A stretch of 64,000 nucleotides of DNA from Trichoplax sp. H2 (GCA_003344405.1 NOWV01000001.1:1240001-1304000), one strand, 5' to 3'; shown: positions 12,430 through 27,680, counted from the first letter of the stretch. Numbers and translations are program-made. The notes: generated by a model not told the origin, from the letters alone.

Positions 12430-15400
12430 ATGAAGAAAATGGCCACCATGGATGAAGAAGAAGCTTGTCCAGAATTAGTCGAAGACGATGGTAGCAAAAT
12501 CCCTGTGACTATTATTACTGGATATTTGGGTAAATTGATATCCTAACGCTGTTAAGAGTCATTTCACCGGATTCTATACTGCAAAGTGATAAAATAGGAA
12601 GTGCAGCAAGGAATAAACCAATTATAATGTGTAAATAGTTGCAGTTGTTATTGACAGTCAATTGAAATTAGGTCTCCATGTTCTACTTTACATTATATCA
12701 TTACAGCAGTATTATTGTAGGATTTGACCAGAAAGAGTCTTTGATAATATCTGTAATGACCTGCTGTAGACTAAATAGAATGCTTTCGTAGGACTGCATA
12801 AAGGAACAGAATGAAGCTAGTAAGAACTATGCTCCATTTGACTCCATAAAATCACAAACTGCAAAATTATTTTAGTTATCCTTGACAATAAAGTATAGGC
12901 TTACCTCTGTATAGTAAAAATTGGACTACGAATACTATTTGCAATGCCAGTAATGTTTCATGGATTAAAAAAATATGATACATTTCTTGTCTGTAAAGAG
13001 CATGATAGAATTAAAGTAGAGATATCAGTTCTTGGCTTTATCATCAATTTTTACGAGGTGGAGATGTACCCTTATGCTTGATCTTGTTGCCATTTGCATT
13101 ACTAGACCGCATAGTCCATGCAAATTGAAGATTGCGGATAGCATTATTTCATCCATTATAAGAAATACGTTGCAAGATAGATCTTCTTCTTTTAAACTAT
13201 GTATTGTAGGTACTAGAATAGATTTACACCTGCAATACTAAATTAATGCTCAATTGATCATGATCAATGTGCTGTAGACGTAATTTCATACTTTTGAATT
13301 AAACTGAAACGATATTGGTCTAGATGTAGCAATAGGATCAGACAGCAAAGTTTATACTGCATACAAGCATACATTCGATTCAGTATATGTACCTATCTTT
13401 TCCTCCACAATGGAGGCAACAGTACAATAATACTAGTAGGCGAAGTAGCAGAACCAGAATGTTATTACTCGACTGATTATTACAAAATGTTTCCAGTCAC
13501 GATTCCATACATTTGCATTACTGCAGGTATAAAAGTAGAAGCTGACGAGAACTCACGCTATTCCCAATTTACCATAAGATTCGTGTCGTATATTTGACTT
13601 GTGCTTTCGATTAATGCAGGCGCAGGAAAGACCACTCTACTGAATTACATCTTAAATGAACAACATAACCGACGAATTGCTGTTATTATGAATGAATTTG
13701 GCCAAGGTGAGCTACTTCACGAAAGGATTATGTTAATTTTTTATTATATTAAAGGCCGGAGCTACATTTCAAGTAAAATAAAACTAATGCTACATCTAAT
13801 ACAGCACTTCAAACTTGTTTTACGGTCGACAATCTGTAGTGGACATGATATATCTTGCCTTTTTAATATGGACAATATTGCAAAAGTACTAATTTTGCAA
13901 ACAACTTTGGTACACCTAGCAGTTATACTTGATTTTTAAGAACCTTGGTAGCTGCTGTCAATGAGTTTATGAGTTATTTGCACCTTAAAATTAGCTTACT
14001 TCTCCCTATCAATGATAATATTGAGGTCGATTAGGTAGGCAACTCTATCATGCAATATAAGAAGCGATATTACAATATTTTAGCAATTAATCATTCACGT
14101 TACTCAATAATATTTTAATAGCTTTGGAATGGTATAGCCCTGTGCTAGATGAAAATGTTGGCAATATCTCCAACAAATCTCTAATATTTGTTGCTGCTCG
14201 CATAGATAGAATAATTTGCAATACAATGTCACATTTTATTTATAAATACCCTTAATTCCTTATTACTACAGCAGCATGCAATCATTGTAATGTTACACTT
14301 CAGCTAAATTATAGCTAAGTTTGTGCTAGCAAGTTAGGGAATGAAGATGTTGCAACACCAATTTCTGCTTATCTATTATTCTACCAAAATATGTAGATAT
14401 TTTCTGATGATAACGAAATAATGATCATATCATTTATTTACTCAAAAATACTGCAGGCGACTCCATCGAAAAATCAATGTCTGTTGGACAATCTGGAGAG
14501 TTATTTGAAGAATGGTTAGAATTGCGCAACGGGTGTTTATGCTGTTCAGTTAAGTGAGTATAAACAAACTATGCTTTGTCCAGCCCCCGTATAGTAAAGA
14601 CACCACATTTATAATTAATTCTTTTTACGTATATGGTTCGCTATTTGTTAGTATAATCACAAAGTGATTAGAACAGTAAATAGAGAAATCATATAAGCTT
14701 GTCAATGGCAAAAATCTGTCTTAAACTCGTGATAGTACACTATAATTGCAAATTTGAATGAGAGGCGTAGACAAATATCTCATATGTCGATTATGTACCC
14801 TTATTCGAATTTTGATCGTTAAAACCATAGAGATTCTGGAGTGAAAGCCATTGAGAATTTGATGGAAAAAAAAGGAAAATTCGATTATATTCTACTCGAA
14901 ACAACTGGCCTTGCAGATCCAGGTGATATTTTCTTATAGAAGCCGATTTCTCTTTCGTAGATAAACTATATACGAACATATGTACACTTTACCTAGGTGT
15001 GCCAAGCACTTATATATATGTTAAAAATTGCACTAATCAATTTTGATTTACCTTAGGCCCCATTGCATCAATCTTCTGGCTTGATAGTGAACTCGGATCT
15101 GAGATCTATTTAGACGGTATTCAGTTGTTGATCGTAACGACTTTGTTAAATTTCACTACGTAATGGTTGAAACTTGATTAGTTAACTATTATTTTCCTAT
15201 TTACGCGTATAGGCATTGTAACGTTAATTGACGGTAAAAATTGCCTTAGGGTTAGTTCAACACTAAATTATGATTCACAGTAAAATATCGTGTCAACGAG
15301 CTATTTATAGATATTGCTTGATAGACGTAGAAGTGATATCGATAAACTTTAATAGAGTTTAGGTGAAGAAAGACCCAAAGGAATAATAAATGAATGCGTC

Positions 15401-18400
15401 AGGTAACTCATTCTTATACCACAGTGTAATATAAACAACGTAAAAAATAGCATCTAAATTATAACATCGACTATGGAGGTTCTAAATGTAGTTTTATGCA
15501 TCTCGATTTCAGATAGATTTTGTTCTTGAAAATCTAATCTTTTCATGTCTTAATATCTCCAGACAGATAGCTTTAGCTGATTTATTGATTGTCAACAAAA
15601 CAGATCTAATAGAAGAAGACGAGTTAGTAAAGTTGAGATCAAGTATCAGGTGCCTTTTAACTCGTATACATCCAATGCCCCCCTCCAACCAAAATTTTAC
15701 GTAATTGAGATTGTGTATTGTATCTATGCAGGTCCATGAACAGCTTTGCTAACATTATAGCAACTAAACGGTCAAGGTAATATAAAAACTGGTTGTTTTA
15801 GCTATAACTGTTTGGTTTTGGCAGATCATACATTAGTATAGCTAAGTCGAACGTATATCATGTGTTGATAACTGTGCCCCATATATGATCATACTGTTAG
15901 GGTTGATTTAAATTCAATTCTCGACCTCCACGCTTTTGATTCGAAAGACAAGTGAGTGGCTTCAATAAAATATTTTGCCCTGTAAAAATAAAATTATAAG
16001 CGATAAGGATAAAATCAATTTATTTATCTAAGTGGGTTAGAAATTCTATCCAGTAGATGGTCTGATAAGGATACAACTTCTACCAGTATAAGTAATCATC
16101 TCGAGCAAGTTAGTACGGTTTTAACATAGAAACTGTAATGAACTGAAACTTGTATAGTCAATGCGTTTCTCAACTGATGTGATTATTTTTCTCTTTCAAG
16201 AATGTCAGCACCGCTCTGATTGAATTCGAAGGAAATATAGATTTGGAACCTCTAGAGACATGGTTGCAGGTTAGAAATGTAATAGTTAGTTAAAGTTGGT
16301 TTATAAATACAGCCTTTCTGCTATACTTGCATATCAAATATTAGTTTGCGATCATCTTAATTCATAGGATTTACTATGGGAAAAAAACATCAAAAATAAA
16401 AACAATGAAGTAATGGAAATTTTGCGTTGTAAGGTAACTCAGGAATGATATATTTTTATCGTCTATCAATAACCATTTTTAAAAATGTTTTTCTTCCGTC
16501 GTCTTTGCATTCAATTGGCATTATTTGCCCAGCTAATTTGTCCTTTTCATAAATTTTAATACTTCATTTAATTCTCGTCCATGCAGATTTAACAAATTCA
16601 TGAATTAAATAAATTTTTATACAATTCATTCTGTAAATAACCTATACTCTATACGCGCTAAATACATCTTATAGTAATTAGTCTCTCCTGTGTGTCATTT
16701 AATTTCGTATAGCATATTGAGCTATTATTATCTAATTAAAAGATTTATATCACTATTATGAGTGTGATACTATATAGTAACATCATTAAATTAACTTATG
16801 TAGCATAACACCAAATTCATACGTGTAGAGTTGCTAAATAGTACAGCATACGGGTATAGCTTGTTATATATGCTTATCGTAATTAAATTGTAACGGATAT
16901 CATATATCCTATATTATTGCAGCGATATCAAATGTGATCTTATTTGGAAATAATTGATTTTATATATATTAAAGTATAATGTATTATCACCTTCCTGCTA
17001 TATCAATCAGCGAATATCGCTCAGCTGGAAGCAGTTCATTTGAATCTTTTACTGAAAGTGATTATTTTATTCAGTAAAAATTATATTATTATTAAGTTAA
17101 CGTTGGAACCATTTTGGATAATTAATACAGGAACTTCGATTAGGCGCATAGATCAAATTAGCTTTAATTTTTTCCTGGAAATTGACAGGCATTGATCTAG
17201 TATATTTGCAGCAATATGTATCAAACGGTATCTTCCAAGATATCTGACCAGAAATAATGACTTATTTGCTACTGCCATAATAATTACTTAAGAAGATCAG
17301 TAATCGAATTAGATAATGAAATCGAGATGATCTATTAGTTCTGTAATCAAATCAACCTCTCAATTATTTGATAAGAAATTTCCATCTTCTTCTCTTTTAA
17401 TAGTTACTATACAGTACTATAGTACTATATTTCTAATTTATCTTCTTTTGAAAGAAATTTTTCGAATATTAACGAGCGTCTTAACCAATACAGTAAATTT
17501 AATCTGATGTTCTGATATCGCAGGGTCAGTTATCAAGTAGGGGTTGTGATAAGCGTATACTATTCCAAGCTGTGTATGAATTATATGACAAGGTAGAAAC
17601 TACGGAGTGGTTAGAAAATGAAAGAAGAATCAACAAATTAGTTTTTATCGGTAAGTCATGCAGAACTTTACAGGTTCTATTCCATTGTAGCAAATGAACC
17701 TAGTTAATGTCAGTCTTTATATTCGATCCTATTACAATTATTATATCCAGTATATTAATACTAGAAAATTTAATTATATTGCTGGACTTAATGAGTCCAA
17801 AGGATAAATAAAATGTTAGTTGAAGAGCTAATAGCGTAAACAATTATTGTGTGACAAGCTAATTTAGTTCATTATTTATTTTGTTAGAGTAAACTGTCGC
17901 TTAATGATTCCTCATTAAAGTTAAACATGAATGTGACATTTTGCAGCCTTACAAAGATGCAGTACTCAGTATTTACACTATCAGTATTATATATAGTATA
18001 ATTTATAAATAACGTAAATGCGCAATTTTTACAATACTATATTCTTAATGCGGTTGAACTAGCAGTACTTATAGTTTCATTAAATTCTGTACAGCGTTGA
18101 TAAAAACTAGTTACCAGTTATATAAAGTTAAATATACTCGTGTCTTCTCCGTAAATACAGTAGAGTTACATTTATTTAAGGAAGGTTATTTTTGATGACC
18201 TCTATTTAATATCAGGTGATTGATCTTTCATTTAATGATATCCTATAGATATTACTGCAATACAGTAGTTGAAATGGTAAGAGTCTATTTAAATACATAT
18301 AGGATAATTTCTCACTTTAGTGCCAATTTACTCCAAATTAGGGGAGATAATGAAGTAAATTAGCATTTCAATAGGGCTCCAAATCGTATTATGTCATCAC

Positions 18401-20027
18401 GAAGTTTTGTTAGTAACATATTGTTATTACTTCAATTCTTTTCAAACTTTTTTAAATGGTAATCAACTTTACTAAAGGAGCGACAAGTACTATATATAAC
18501 ATATATACGTGCACATAGATTACTAATTTGATAATAATGTATGGAAATCGCCTAGTGTCTATAGTTTTTTCTACACCGTAAGTTGGAAAATCAGCTCTAT
18601 CTTCAGCTAAGACTGTATCAAGATGATGTATATATACTAAGTGTGCGATTGGTTATGATTTAATTTACTTTATTTCAATGCATTACTGTGTTATCCTAGT
18701 TAAAATTACACGTTTTTATTACAAACTTAGTTTAGAAATAAATTATGATTATATCACACAATAGCGTAATCGCTGTTATTGTTATTTTTTATTAGCAGCT
18801 TCTTAAATCTAATAACTGTGATGCGATGTTTTTTTCGTCTCATCGATTTCGCATTTTTTTGTTTTCTCTATTCATACTGATGTTTGCACTATGGCGCCTA
18901 CTGTAGTCTATTTTAATTATCATAACTTTATGCTATTATTATCGAGATTGAAACAATTAATTAATAGATGGAAACGACTATTTAATTAAATTTAATTGAC
19001 GGAGTGAACATCAAAGTTTAAATGTTGACGCAGATACGGCAAATATTATGTTAGTTATCTTTGTTTGGTAGAAATATTGACGACAGAAAGCTGTTTTAAC
19101 CTTCTTACTATTAACTTTGATCATAGTATAGTTTATATTTGATAGAATTCCTCATTAATTGATATATATAATACATAAGGTAGAAAAGTTAATATCATAC
19201 TACTCAACTTCGTTAAATGTTTTTATCTTCTTTCTCTGTTTAACGGCTATCTACTGCATTATGTAACTCCACCCCGTTTATCGTAAATATGTAGCCGTAA
19301 TCAATCGAATCAGGCTCAATTACTATTATTCTTCCCTCCATCTAAACTCGATTATTAACTTGAATCATAGCTTTACTAGTAGGTGTGGCTATTTTAGACG
19401 GAAAACTCTAGCACACAATAACGATTTCTTATTGTGTTTACGTTGTAACACTGAAAGTTTTTTCTACCACTCGATTACTTATGTTTTATTTTAATTGGTT
19501 TATATTTCCATGTTAAGACAAGTTCAGTTGACAGTATTACCATAGTGAAGTATTTTTTATACAGATCGAAGCGATTCTTAAATACGTTTAACATCTTTTT
19601 TATGACATTAAAGTTTATTACGATTGTAACTATTTTTCCGTGTCAAGCTCTGTATTGATCAATACTACCACAGCATTTTTTATCGTTGCATACTAATGTC
19701 GGCAACATGCATTATCTAGTATGTCCGCTCTGTGTGATATCAAAGTCCAAGATATACAGTTACGGCTTTCTTTCTCTATCGATATTAATTTTTTTCTATA
19801 AATACAATCATTAATTATTGTAATAATGATAATTCTTCTCCTATTGCTATTTATGCGACCTGTTTCCGATTTGAATATATCCTTATTTCAATGCATTTGA
19901 TATTAAATTAAGTGTTAGCTAAAGTTATCTTCCCTTTTTCTCTTATATTTGGAATTGGTACTTTATAGGCAGAAATGTGGATCACGCTATATTAGCCGAA
20001 GGAATACAACAGTTTATTCTTAATTGA
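12430..20027 (+). CDS. ZNG1: Zn-regulated GTPase metalloprotein activator 1 (ZNG1/CBWD, COG0523 G3E GTPase), 15 exons, ~366 aa
   Basis: Manually spliced GT-AG exons: 12430-12529, 13620-13706, 14457-14553, 14831-14922, 15057-15116, 15213-15250, 15356-15402, 15563-15649, 15732-15776, 15901-15951, 16033-16108, 16201-16269, 16368-16433, 17524-17650, 19969-20027 (1101 nt, in frame). Motifs: CPELV, Walker A TGYLGAGKTT, NEFG, GCLCC (CxCC), [14 protein letters not shown], and CobW C-terminal ILRCKG...KLVFIGRN. Alternative in-frame ATGs at 12439 and 12448 (the latter in gccaccATGg context). Confidence 0.93.
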
Positions 20028-23000
20028 TAGATAAAATGAATTAGTCGTTAGGCGCAATTGATCGTTTTAACAATTATGTGGATAACAGAAGAAAAGAAAG
20101 AACTTGTTTAATAAATAAGTGACAGTACACATAGTCATAATTAAGGAAACAATAAAATTGAATACAACTATTTACTATAATTATCATTTACTGTTGAAGT
20201 AAATGATTTGATAGTCGTAATCGAGCGGTTAAGATATTAGGTAGAGAGTATACATATAAATGAGAAATGTGATGCACCGGTTAGCTCACAGCGTAACATC
20301 AACCATTTTTAGAGAAAAATTAATTTTTCAACTTTTCGACAATTCATCTCTTCACCATTATATACTTTAAGTTAACCTATTTTATTCGTTAATAAATGTA
20401 ATTATTGTCATCTAAACTTACCTTTAGGTGATTAGTACTATAATGATGATAATGTAATCTTCATTCGATTTATAGCTAACTGACAAGTATTGTTATTATA
20501 GATGAAGATGTTTTAGTTTTATTTCATTAGTGTCTTCCTTTCATTGATCTATTATTCTTTTGTATTATGTATATTATCCAAATTCAGGAAAGGTCAGTTA
20601 ATGAAGAATGATGGCATGATAGAGTAGAATAATGTTACTTCTACTGTTGTACAACACCCTTATTACCGGACGTATTTTATCCATTATAAATTAATTTAAT
20701 GAAAACTCTATTATCAGATGAATTGGTTGATATCTTAGTCTTGATTGCTACATATTATAGTCCAAATTATCTATCAACTGTAGTAATTCATAGCTACTGA
20801 ATGACAACATTATTCAATAAAAATGTATCAAAAACTACCTACAGTATACATAGTAATGAGGGGGAGGTGGAGTATGAAAAAAAACATTTTAAATCGTCAT
20901 TATTGTGATATAACTTTTGTTCTACTGGGTTTATCTTTTCATAAAGTTAGACTATGCTAGATAAGTTAGTTTTATTAATTTGACTATTTAACTAATAGAT
21001 CCTTTTTAGTATTGTAGCACATAGGTACGAATTTATAAAATCATCATAGTATTTGCCTTATCCTCTTCAACTTGATATAATGATAATGTCATTATTGATT
21101 GACTTACTTGACTGTCTTGCAATTTATTTGTTTTCAACAACTATTAATCAAATTTAGTCACGATAGAAGATAGAAAAAGGGTGATAATTTAAGGAAGTAG
21201 TAGGCTGGAATATCGAGAAGGAAATTAGAAAATTTTAATGCTAACATCATTAACTTCAGTGAAATTAAAATGAAAGAAAATATTATTTTTTTGACGTCGT
21301 TTGATTAGGTTTTTAATTCTATTGCTTGTCAATTTTCTCTTGGTCAACAGCAAGTAAAAATTACAGTTGCAATTCTGTCAGTCTAATGATAGAAAATTTA
21401 ATTAGATTGATTCGATTGCATTGAAAGTAATTCGATTAAGTTTGCGTTGTTCGAGAAGGGCAAAAATGTTTAACCGATGAAGAAAAATAATTTATTACAT
21501 TAGCAATAGATTGTCCAAATGAATGATTTTAAAAAATAAGCTAATGGGAGGCAAGGATAGTTAAGATCAATGATGAAATTAATTTATAATAAATTTAATG
21601 TTGAACTATTGGATGGAAAAAATAATGATCAAGTATTTTAAGGGAAATAAACTTATGATTGTTGATTAGGATAGACTTGAATGATGCGTATGATCAATTA
21701 TACCTATTTTTTGTCTAAAATACGAATTAATTTTGATTGATTCACGTGAAATAACTGAAATATTAGCCAGTACTGACTATAATAGCCATGAAAGGGGATT
21801 GAAAAAATGGCTAAGGTGATTAAAGTTGTAGTGATAGGTAAGAAGTGATTTTTTTTTAATTTATTGAAATCATGATGAGTAATATTTAGATAAGCGGGTA
21901 AATAGACGAGACGATAATAAGAACAAGTTGATGTTAGTCTACGGTAGGTTAAAAGACAGCCGCCTTTTGTCCATAGTATTTTAATTATTTTATGCACACA
22001 TTTGAACTTGATAACTACTTAGAACTGTTTACCTAAATATCAAAGACAATCAATTCTGTTTAATATGAGACATCGATGTTTAATATCATGCTATTTATTT
22101 AATTTGTTGAAAGACTTTAGCCATTATCTACTAGTTTGCGTGTCTGTCTTGATCTTACTCTAGCATTTATTTGTATCTTCTTTACTCTCATATTCCCTCT
22201 CGTTGCCATGATCGATCTATCTTTCTTTTCCTGAGCCTATTGTTTTATTATTGATGCTACTCTTCAATCGATTGCCTAATGCATTTTTCTATCTATCAAC
22301 AAATCAGTATTATGTGTAGACGTAGACGACAAAACAATACTTTTAGCTTACTTTACCCCTGTTGAATATAATAATAAGAAAGAAAATGTTGAACTTAGTT
22401 AGAAATAATTTCAATTTCTTGTATTTATCTTGTTCTATTTGATCTTTGACTAGTTGTCAACTATCGTCATCTAATTAAAATAAATAAAATCGATATAAAA
22501 ATGATGATGTCTATCTTATCTCATGAATCACTGATAATCAGAATTGATTACAGCTTACTCCTATGAGAAAAAAATAACAACTTGCTACGATTGTGAATCA
22601 TCAGAGCTAAATAATGAAATTACCAAGAGGGTAAAAACTACTCTAGGAAAAAATAAAATGAGTAACGGACAAATAGAGAAAAAATGTAAATAAGAATGAC
22701 AAACTGGCAGACTCTTTACCGTCTATGTTTGTCTAACATATTTCATTTTGAGTTAAGTGTGAAAATAAATAGAAAATGCCGTCCATTTTTTACGGGATAA
22801 TCGTTTGTCCGTTTAACTTTGAAAATTAAATTCAACAACAAGATCAATCTATCTTGAAGAGGATAAGCTAAATCATTTAGAGTGAAATCGATCGATCGAT
22901 ATTATGATATGATGTCATAATTATCAATTGAGATAGAATATGGACGTGAATGAGATCAAGTTAATTAACTGCAACTATCCTTCGTCTTCAACTTAACCTA

Positions 23001-26000
23001 TAATTTACCTATTAATATGATCTTTATCCCTTCCTTTAACTCGATTAGAGTCATTATGTAAATTATTGTATGCTTGATTAGCAGAATGATGACGCTATTA
23101 TAGAAAAAGAATTCCACACTGTGTGGAGATATCACTTAAGGCTAAATTAGAGTTCAAGGATTGAAAAGAAAATAAACTACAATCTAATCATCAAAGAGGA
23201 AAAAAGGTGGAGAATCAACAACAAAAAGAAAAAAATGAGGGGAAATGAAGTAACTTTATCCTATCAATAGATGTAGTTAAATGATGCTAAAATAAAATGC
23301 AACAACAATAATAATCAAGACGAGAATTGAAAAAATAGCTATACATTAAATAGAAAGAAAAGAAATGAATGGACATCAACTTCTTCTCTTTTTGCCTTGT
23401 ATTTTTTGCCACTGTTGAATTTATGACAATATCCAGACATTTCTATTGTCATCTTTATTTTTTATACTTATATGATGTTAATTGATTCACCTGAGGGCTT
23501 TGTTCTAGCATTTTTTATACTCTAAATCGATTGGCATTTTCGACTTAATGTGCCTGTAACCATTTGGCCTCCGCCCCGGCTCGAACGCTATGAATAAGAG
23601 CATCTTGTCTTGACTCGTTGTGTCATATACTTTTGTTTACGCCAACAGTTCAACAAGAAGTGGTTAAGAAGAGGAAAAAGAAAGATTGATTATCATTTCC
23701 TTCATGCTGCCTACTGTCTACATATGATCAATCATTGATCTTCGCTCGCGCGCGCCTTCAACGTAACAACTAGTCTCTATTCTTCCACATCGGCTATCAT
23801 CGATTATTCTTCAACCAGCAACTATTTCATCCTTTGATTGAAATTTTCCAGCTATTACCTATCCAATCTACTGCTTAAGATTCAAATTCTTCTTAACACC
23901 AGTGGTAAGTATCAATAATTTGTTTTATCATCCATTAGCTTATCTTCTATTCAATTGCTATTGAAAGCCTATAAGATAAAGATTCCCATCATGATGATGA
24001 ATAGGATTGATTGAATGATGATATCTAGCGTTTATAAACCTTTACTTTTCTCCAATGCTTACCCTTCATGCAATCCAAAATTCACCATTCCATTGACTAA
24101 CCACGTAAACATATCATGTATGCTATTAAAAAATAGGATATTGCTATTCTTTACCTTATTCGATTACAATTTAGATCAATCAATCAATGAGCTAATGTAT
24201 CCTTCCTAGTTTAATTTATTTGCAAACAGAAAAATAGACTCTGTAACTTTATTACCGGATATTAATTATCCGATCACATAATTTACCGATACAGTAGATC
24301 ATGTTGCTATCCCATAGTAGAAAATAGACTCGATAAGATTGTAATTGCTCAATAGTAATTTATATCATCAGTCAATCATCACAGATTAATGCAAATATTT
24401 TGGGGGAATAACTTCGCTTTTCCATTATCGTCTACTGTTTAATTTCATGTTGATCTCGATCCATTAACTATCTTTATTGACTAATAATATGGTATTTAAC
24501 AAGTAGAAACCAAGTATTAGACCTCATTGACTATTTTAATCGTTTTACTTTGGATCGAAAATTACTATTACAGCTAGAGTTGAGTGGAGAATTTATTCAA
24601 CATCAACTCGATGACTATTGAGTCGAGTTGATATTAATCAAAGGTAGCAGCTATGCTAATACCGATTATCATGGCTGGGCAAATGGAGCCATACACCATC
24701 ATCATTTTCATCCTTTTGCATGATGATTTCAACAGTAACCAAGTCTTACGCTTTCCTCTATTTACACTTGATGTTTATTATACCATTATGCCTGCCGATA
24801 GTAGAACTCCTTTTGTCCAATTGGCATCTTTTTTTTGTTAGCCATTTGCCAACAATTCTTACTAACTGATTATAATACAAAATATGGACTTACTAATCAC
24901 CGATCTTTACAACGTTTACCTTATGTATTGTCTCCAGTTTAGATTGTTACTATTAAACTTCGATTCCGTTATACTACCACTCTATCTATGGCGCTTTGTA
25001 GGCACCCTACTTACAATTTAATCATTTCAATAACTCTCTCTAATAGTTTGTATTATACATAGACAAATTAAAGATTACAATTTTTATATTAGTTAAATTG
25101 AATCACGCTGATATTTACATCTACGATAATTTAACTTAATCAACGGGAGATCGATCGCCAGCTTATTGATATGCAAAATTAAATATAAAGCCACTACGCT
25201 ATCGTGGACCAAAGTTCCTCTGTCTTAATACTTATTCCCATTTTAATAGCTATCATGCATATACAAGCTAATTGTTGTAGGTTTTAGCAGTTTACGATAA
25301 ATTTTCACAGTATCGCAAATGATTCAAATCAGTGACTTGTATTTCGCTCTGAGTGCTGAAATGGACCGTAAATTAGAAAAAAAAGTCTAAAATAGTCAAA
25401 GGCAATGAATAATCTTGTTACTAGATTCATCAGCTTTCAAACAGTAAATTATGAAAAATAATCCCATTCTTCCCAGCGTTTCGCCAAAGTATAATTTTTA
25501 TGTTTGCGGAACGCTGATTCTTCCTTCTTTCCGATGGTAAAAAAACACGTAGAAAAATGAGAAATGGCTTTATTGCCAAAATTAATAATGTAATTACTGC
25601 TGGTCGGTAATAATTTGCCTTTCAAATTAATTCATTATCGGTGGCTAATAATACATATTCCTATTCAATTGGGTGATAGAAGGAGATCTTCCACCCCTCT
25701 TAACATTACAAAACCGAATAGAGGATACAACGACTGCCCTCCACTTTGGATTAATTCATTATAATTATCAGCGATGGTAGATTAATTAGCAATAGGCTAT
25801 CAATTACCCTAGTCACATTTACGAGCTATCCGATTTGCTAATTCTACGCTATTATCTCCAATTTCTTAATGCAGTAACAATGAATACTGCTGTACTCCTT
25901 GACTCTTACTTTTATTTCTTATTTAACCCCTATTACGGTAGATAGCGGCAGCAGAAAAAATAGCCTTACTCTTCTTATCCCTCATTTTGGAAAGCAGTCA

Positions 26001-27189
26001 TTACTACCGTTAACAATCGCCTTAATCTTAATTTCGCCCTTTACTCTCTAGTTATGATAGCCTCGATATTGACGAAAAAGGAATAGAGCTCTTCTCTCTT
26101 ATAGCTAAAACAGATCGGCTGTCTTGTTAAATAAATCCTACCATTTCTTTTACTGCTTCGTAAGCTATATTACTGTGGTAATAGAATACAAAAAGTGATT
26201 TTGATGCAATATCGAGGTTAATACTGACGAAAATAATGTTGATGGCGTTATGGATGTGTAGAAAATTTTAAACATCGAGTTGAATAGAAGGACAAAAATA
26301 ACTCCTATTAGTTAGATTACCAAATAAAATAGGATGAAAACATTTATAGACATTGAGAAAAATAACATACATGAAATTTTCAAGACAACATAACAACTTG
26401 GGTCTCATCGTCCGTTGATTGTGTAAGCTATTGACACCTGCTATTCTATAACAACATTCCCATCTTTCAATAAATTATGACAGATAGACATTTTATTGGA
26501 GAAGATTTTCAATTACTCGTAGCAATATAGCTCTTATCATTCTTTACGCAGCATAGAGAATAGTTCTTGTTTGCACCAAGCATTTTTGCTATGTTGTTTT
26601 CTTCTGAAATGCTCCCTTATTGAATGCAACCTTTCCTCACTCACCTTGATCGATATTCAAAATGAACTCTTTCGCAGTCGTTGATGACTGTCAAGAAAAA
26701 TAGACATTTTAAATAAGGTTTAAGATATCTTTCGGTAACTTAAATGATTGCATGTCATGAAATAGATAAAATATAGTAGTATCAGTAATCCGAGCATTAC
26801 CAAATATGCCCAATCGACAATGCTAAGAGCAAAACTATATTTAGTTAGATTGTTTGCTTGGATCAATTTCAATAATTTCCCTTACTTGTCCAGTGTAAAA
26901 TCAATAGTTATCGTTCCTTGCTAATGGACTCTTTTTCCCCTCATCTATTTATTTTCTATACAAATAACCGTATAATATCTTAATTGAGATTCAAAAATTT
27001 CAATATTTTCAGTTTTGTATTTCAAAGGATTATTGCAATTGTCATTTCCCCTACGTACACCTAAACTATCAATAAGTTTGGACCTGATTCGATTTCAAGC
27101 CACCTCAGTTGCTTACTTTGCCTATGATATTGATTTATTAAGCTAAGGCTTAAAGTTGATTCGATTTTATGCCACTATAGGTAGATATT

Positions 27190-27680
27190 ATTCATGATAT
27201 TCCTTTCTTAATGGGTTGACTATCAAGCCAATTAAAATTCTACTTTATCCATGATATTTCTTTCTTAAATTCGTTGACTAAAGGAATGCAGGCCAATCAA
27301 AAATTCTACTCTATCCTCGAAATTCCTTTCTGAAATGGATTGAGTAGCAGAATGCTAGCTAATAAAACTTTTACTCTACCCATGATATTCCTTTCTAAAT
27401 GGACTGACTGGCAGGATATTAGCTTATAAAAATTCTACTTGATCAATGATATTCCTTACTTAATTATATGAGTTGACTAGCATTAAATTCTACTTTCCCT
27501 ACAATATTCCCTTTTGATTAATTGGATTGACTAGCACGATGCAATCAAAAATTTTACTTTGTCCATGATATTCCTTTCTTTAGCAGATTAACTACTTAGT
27601 ATGATGCAAGGTATAAAAATTCTATTTTATCCATGATATTGCGTTCTTTAATTAATTGACTAGCGAGCCAATAAAAATTC
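27190..27680. repeat. Degenerate tandem repeat, ~62-bp unit, ~8 copies
   Basis: Recurrent AAAATTCTACTTTATCCATGATATTCCTTTCT...TTGACTAGC with CATGATATT-like cores near 27192, 27250, 27320, 27381, 27447, 27503, 27565 and 27633. Confidence 0.8.

Noticed and set aside
15650-15660. ZNG1 intron 8 donor GTGCCTTTT as a U12-type site or a target of the U6-like RNA
   Set aside because: It does not match RTATCCTT and there is no U12 branch point. Only +4/+5 CC would pair with the variant box, which is too weak to claim.
27190-27680. CRISPR-like periodicity
   Set aside because: Eukaryotic context, whole units are similar with no unique spacers, and there are no cas genes.
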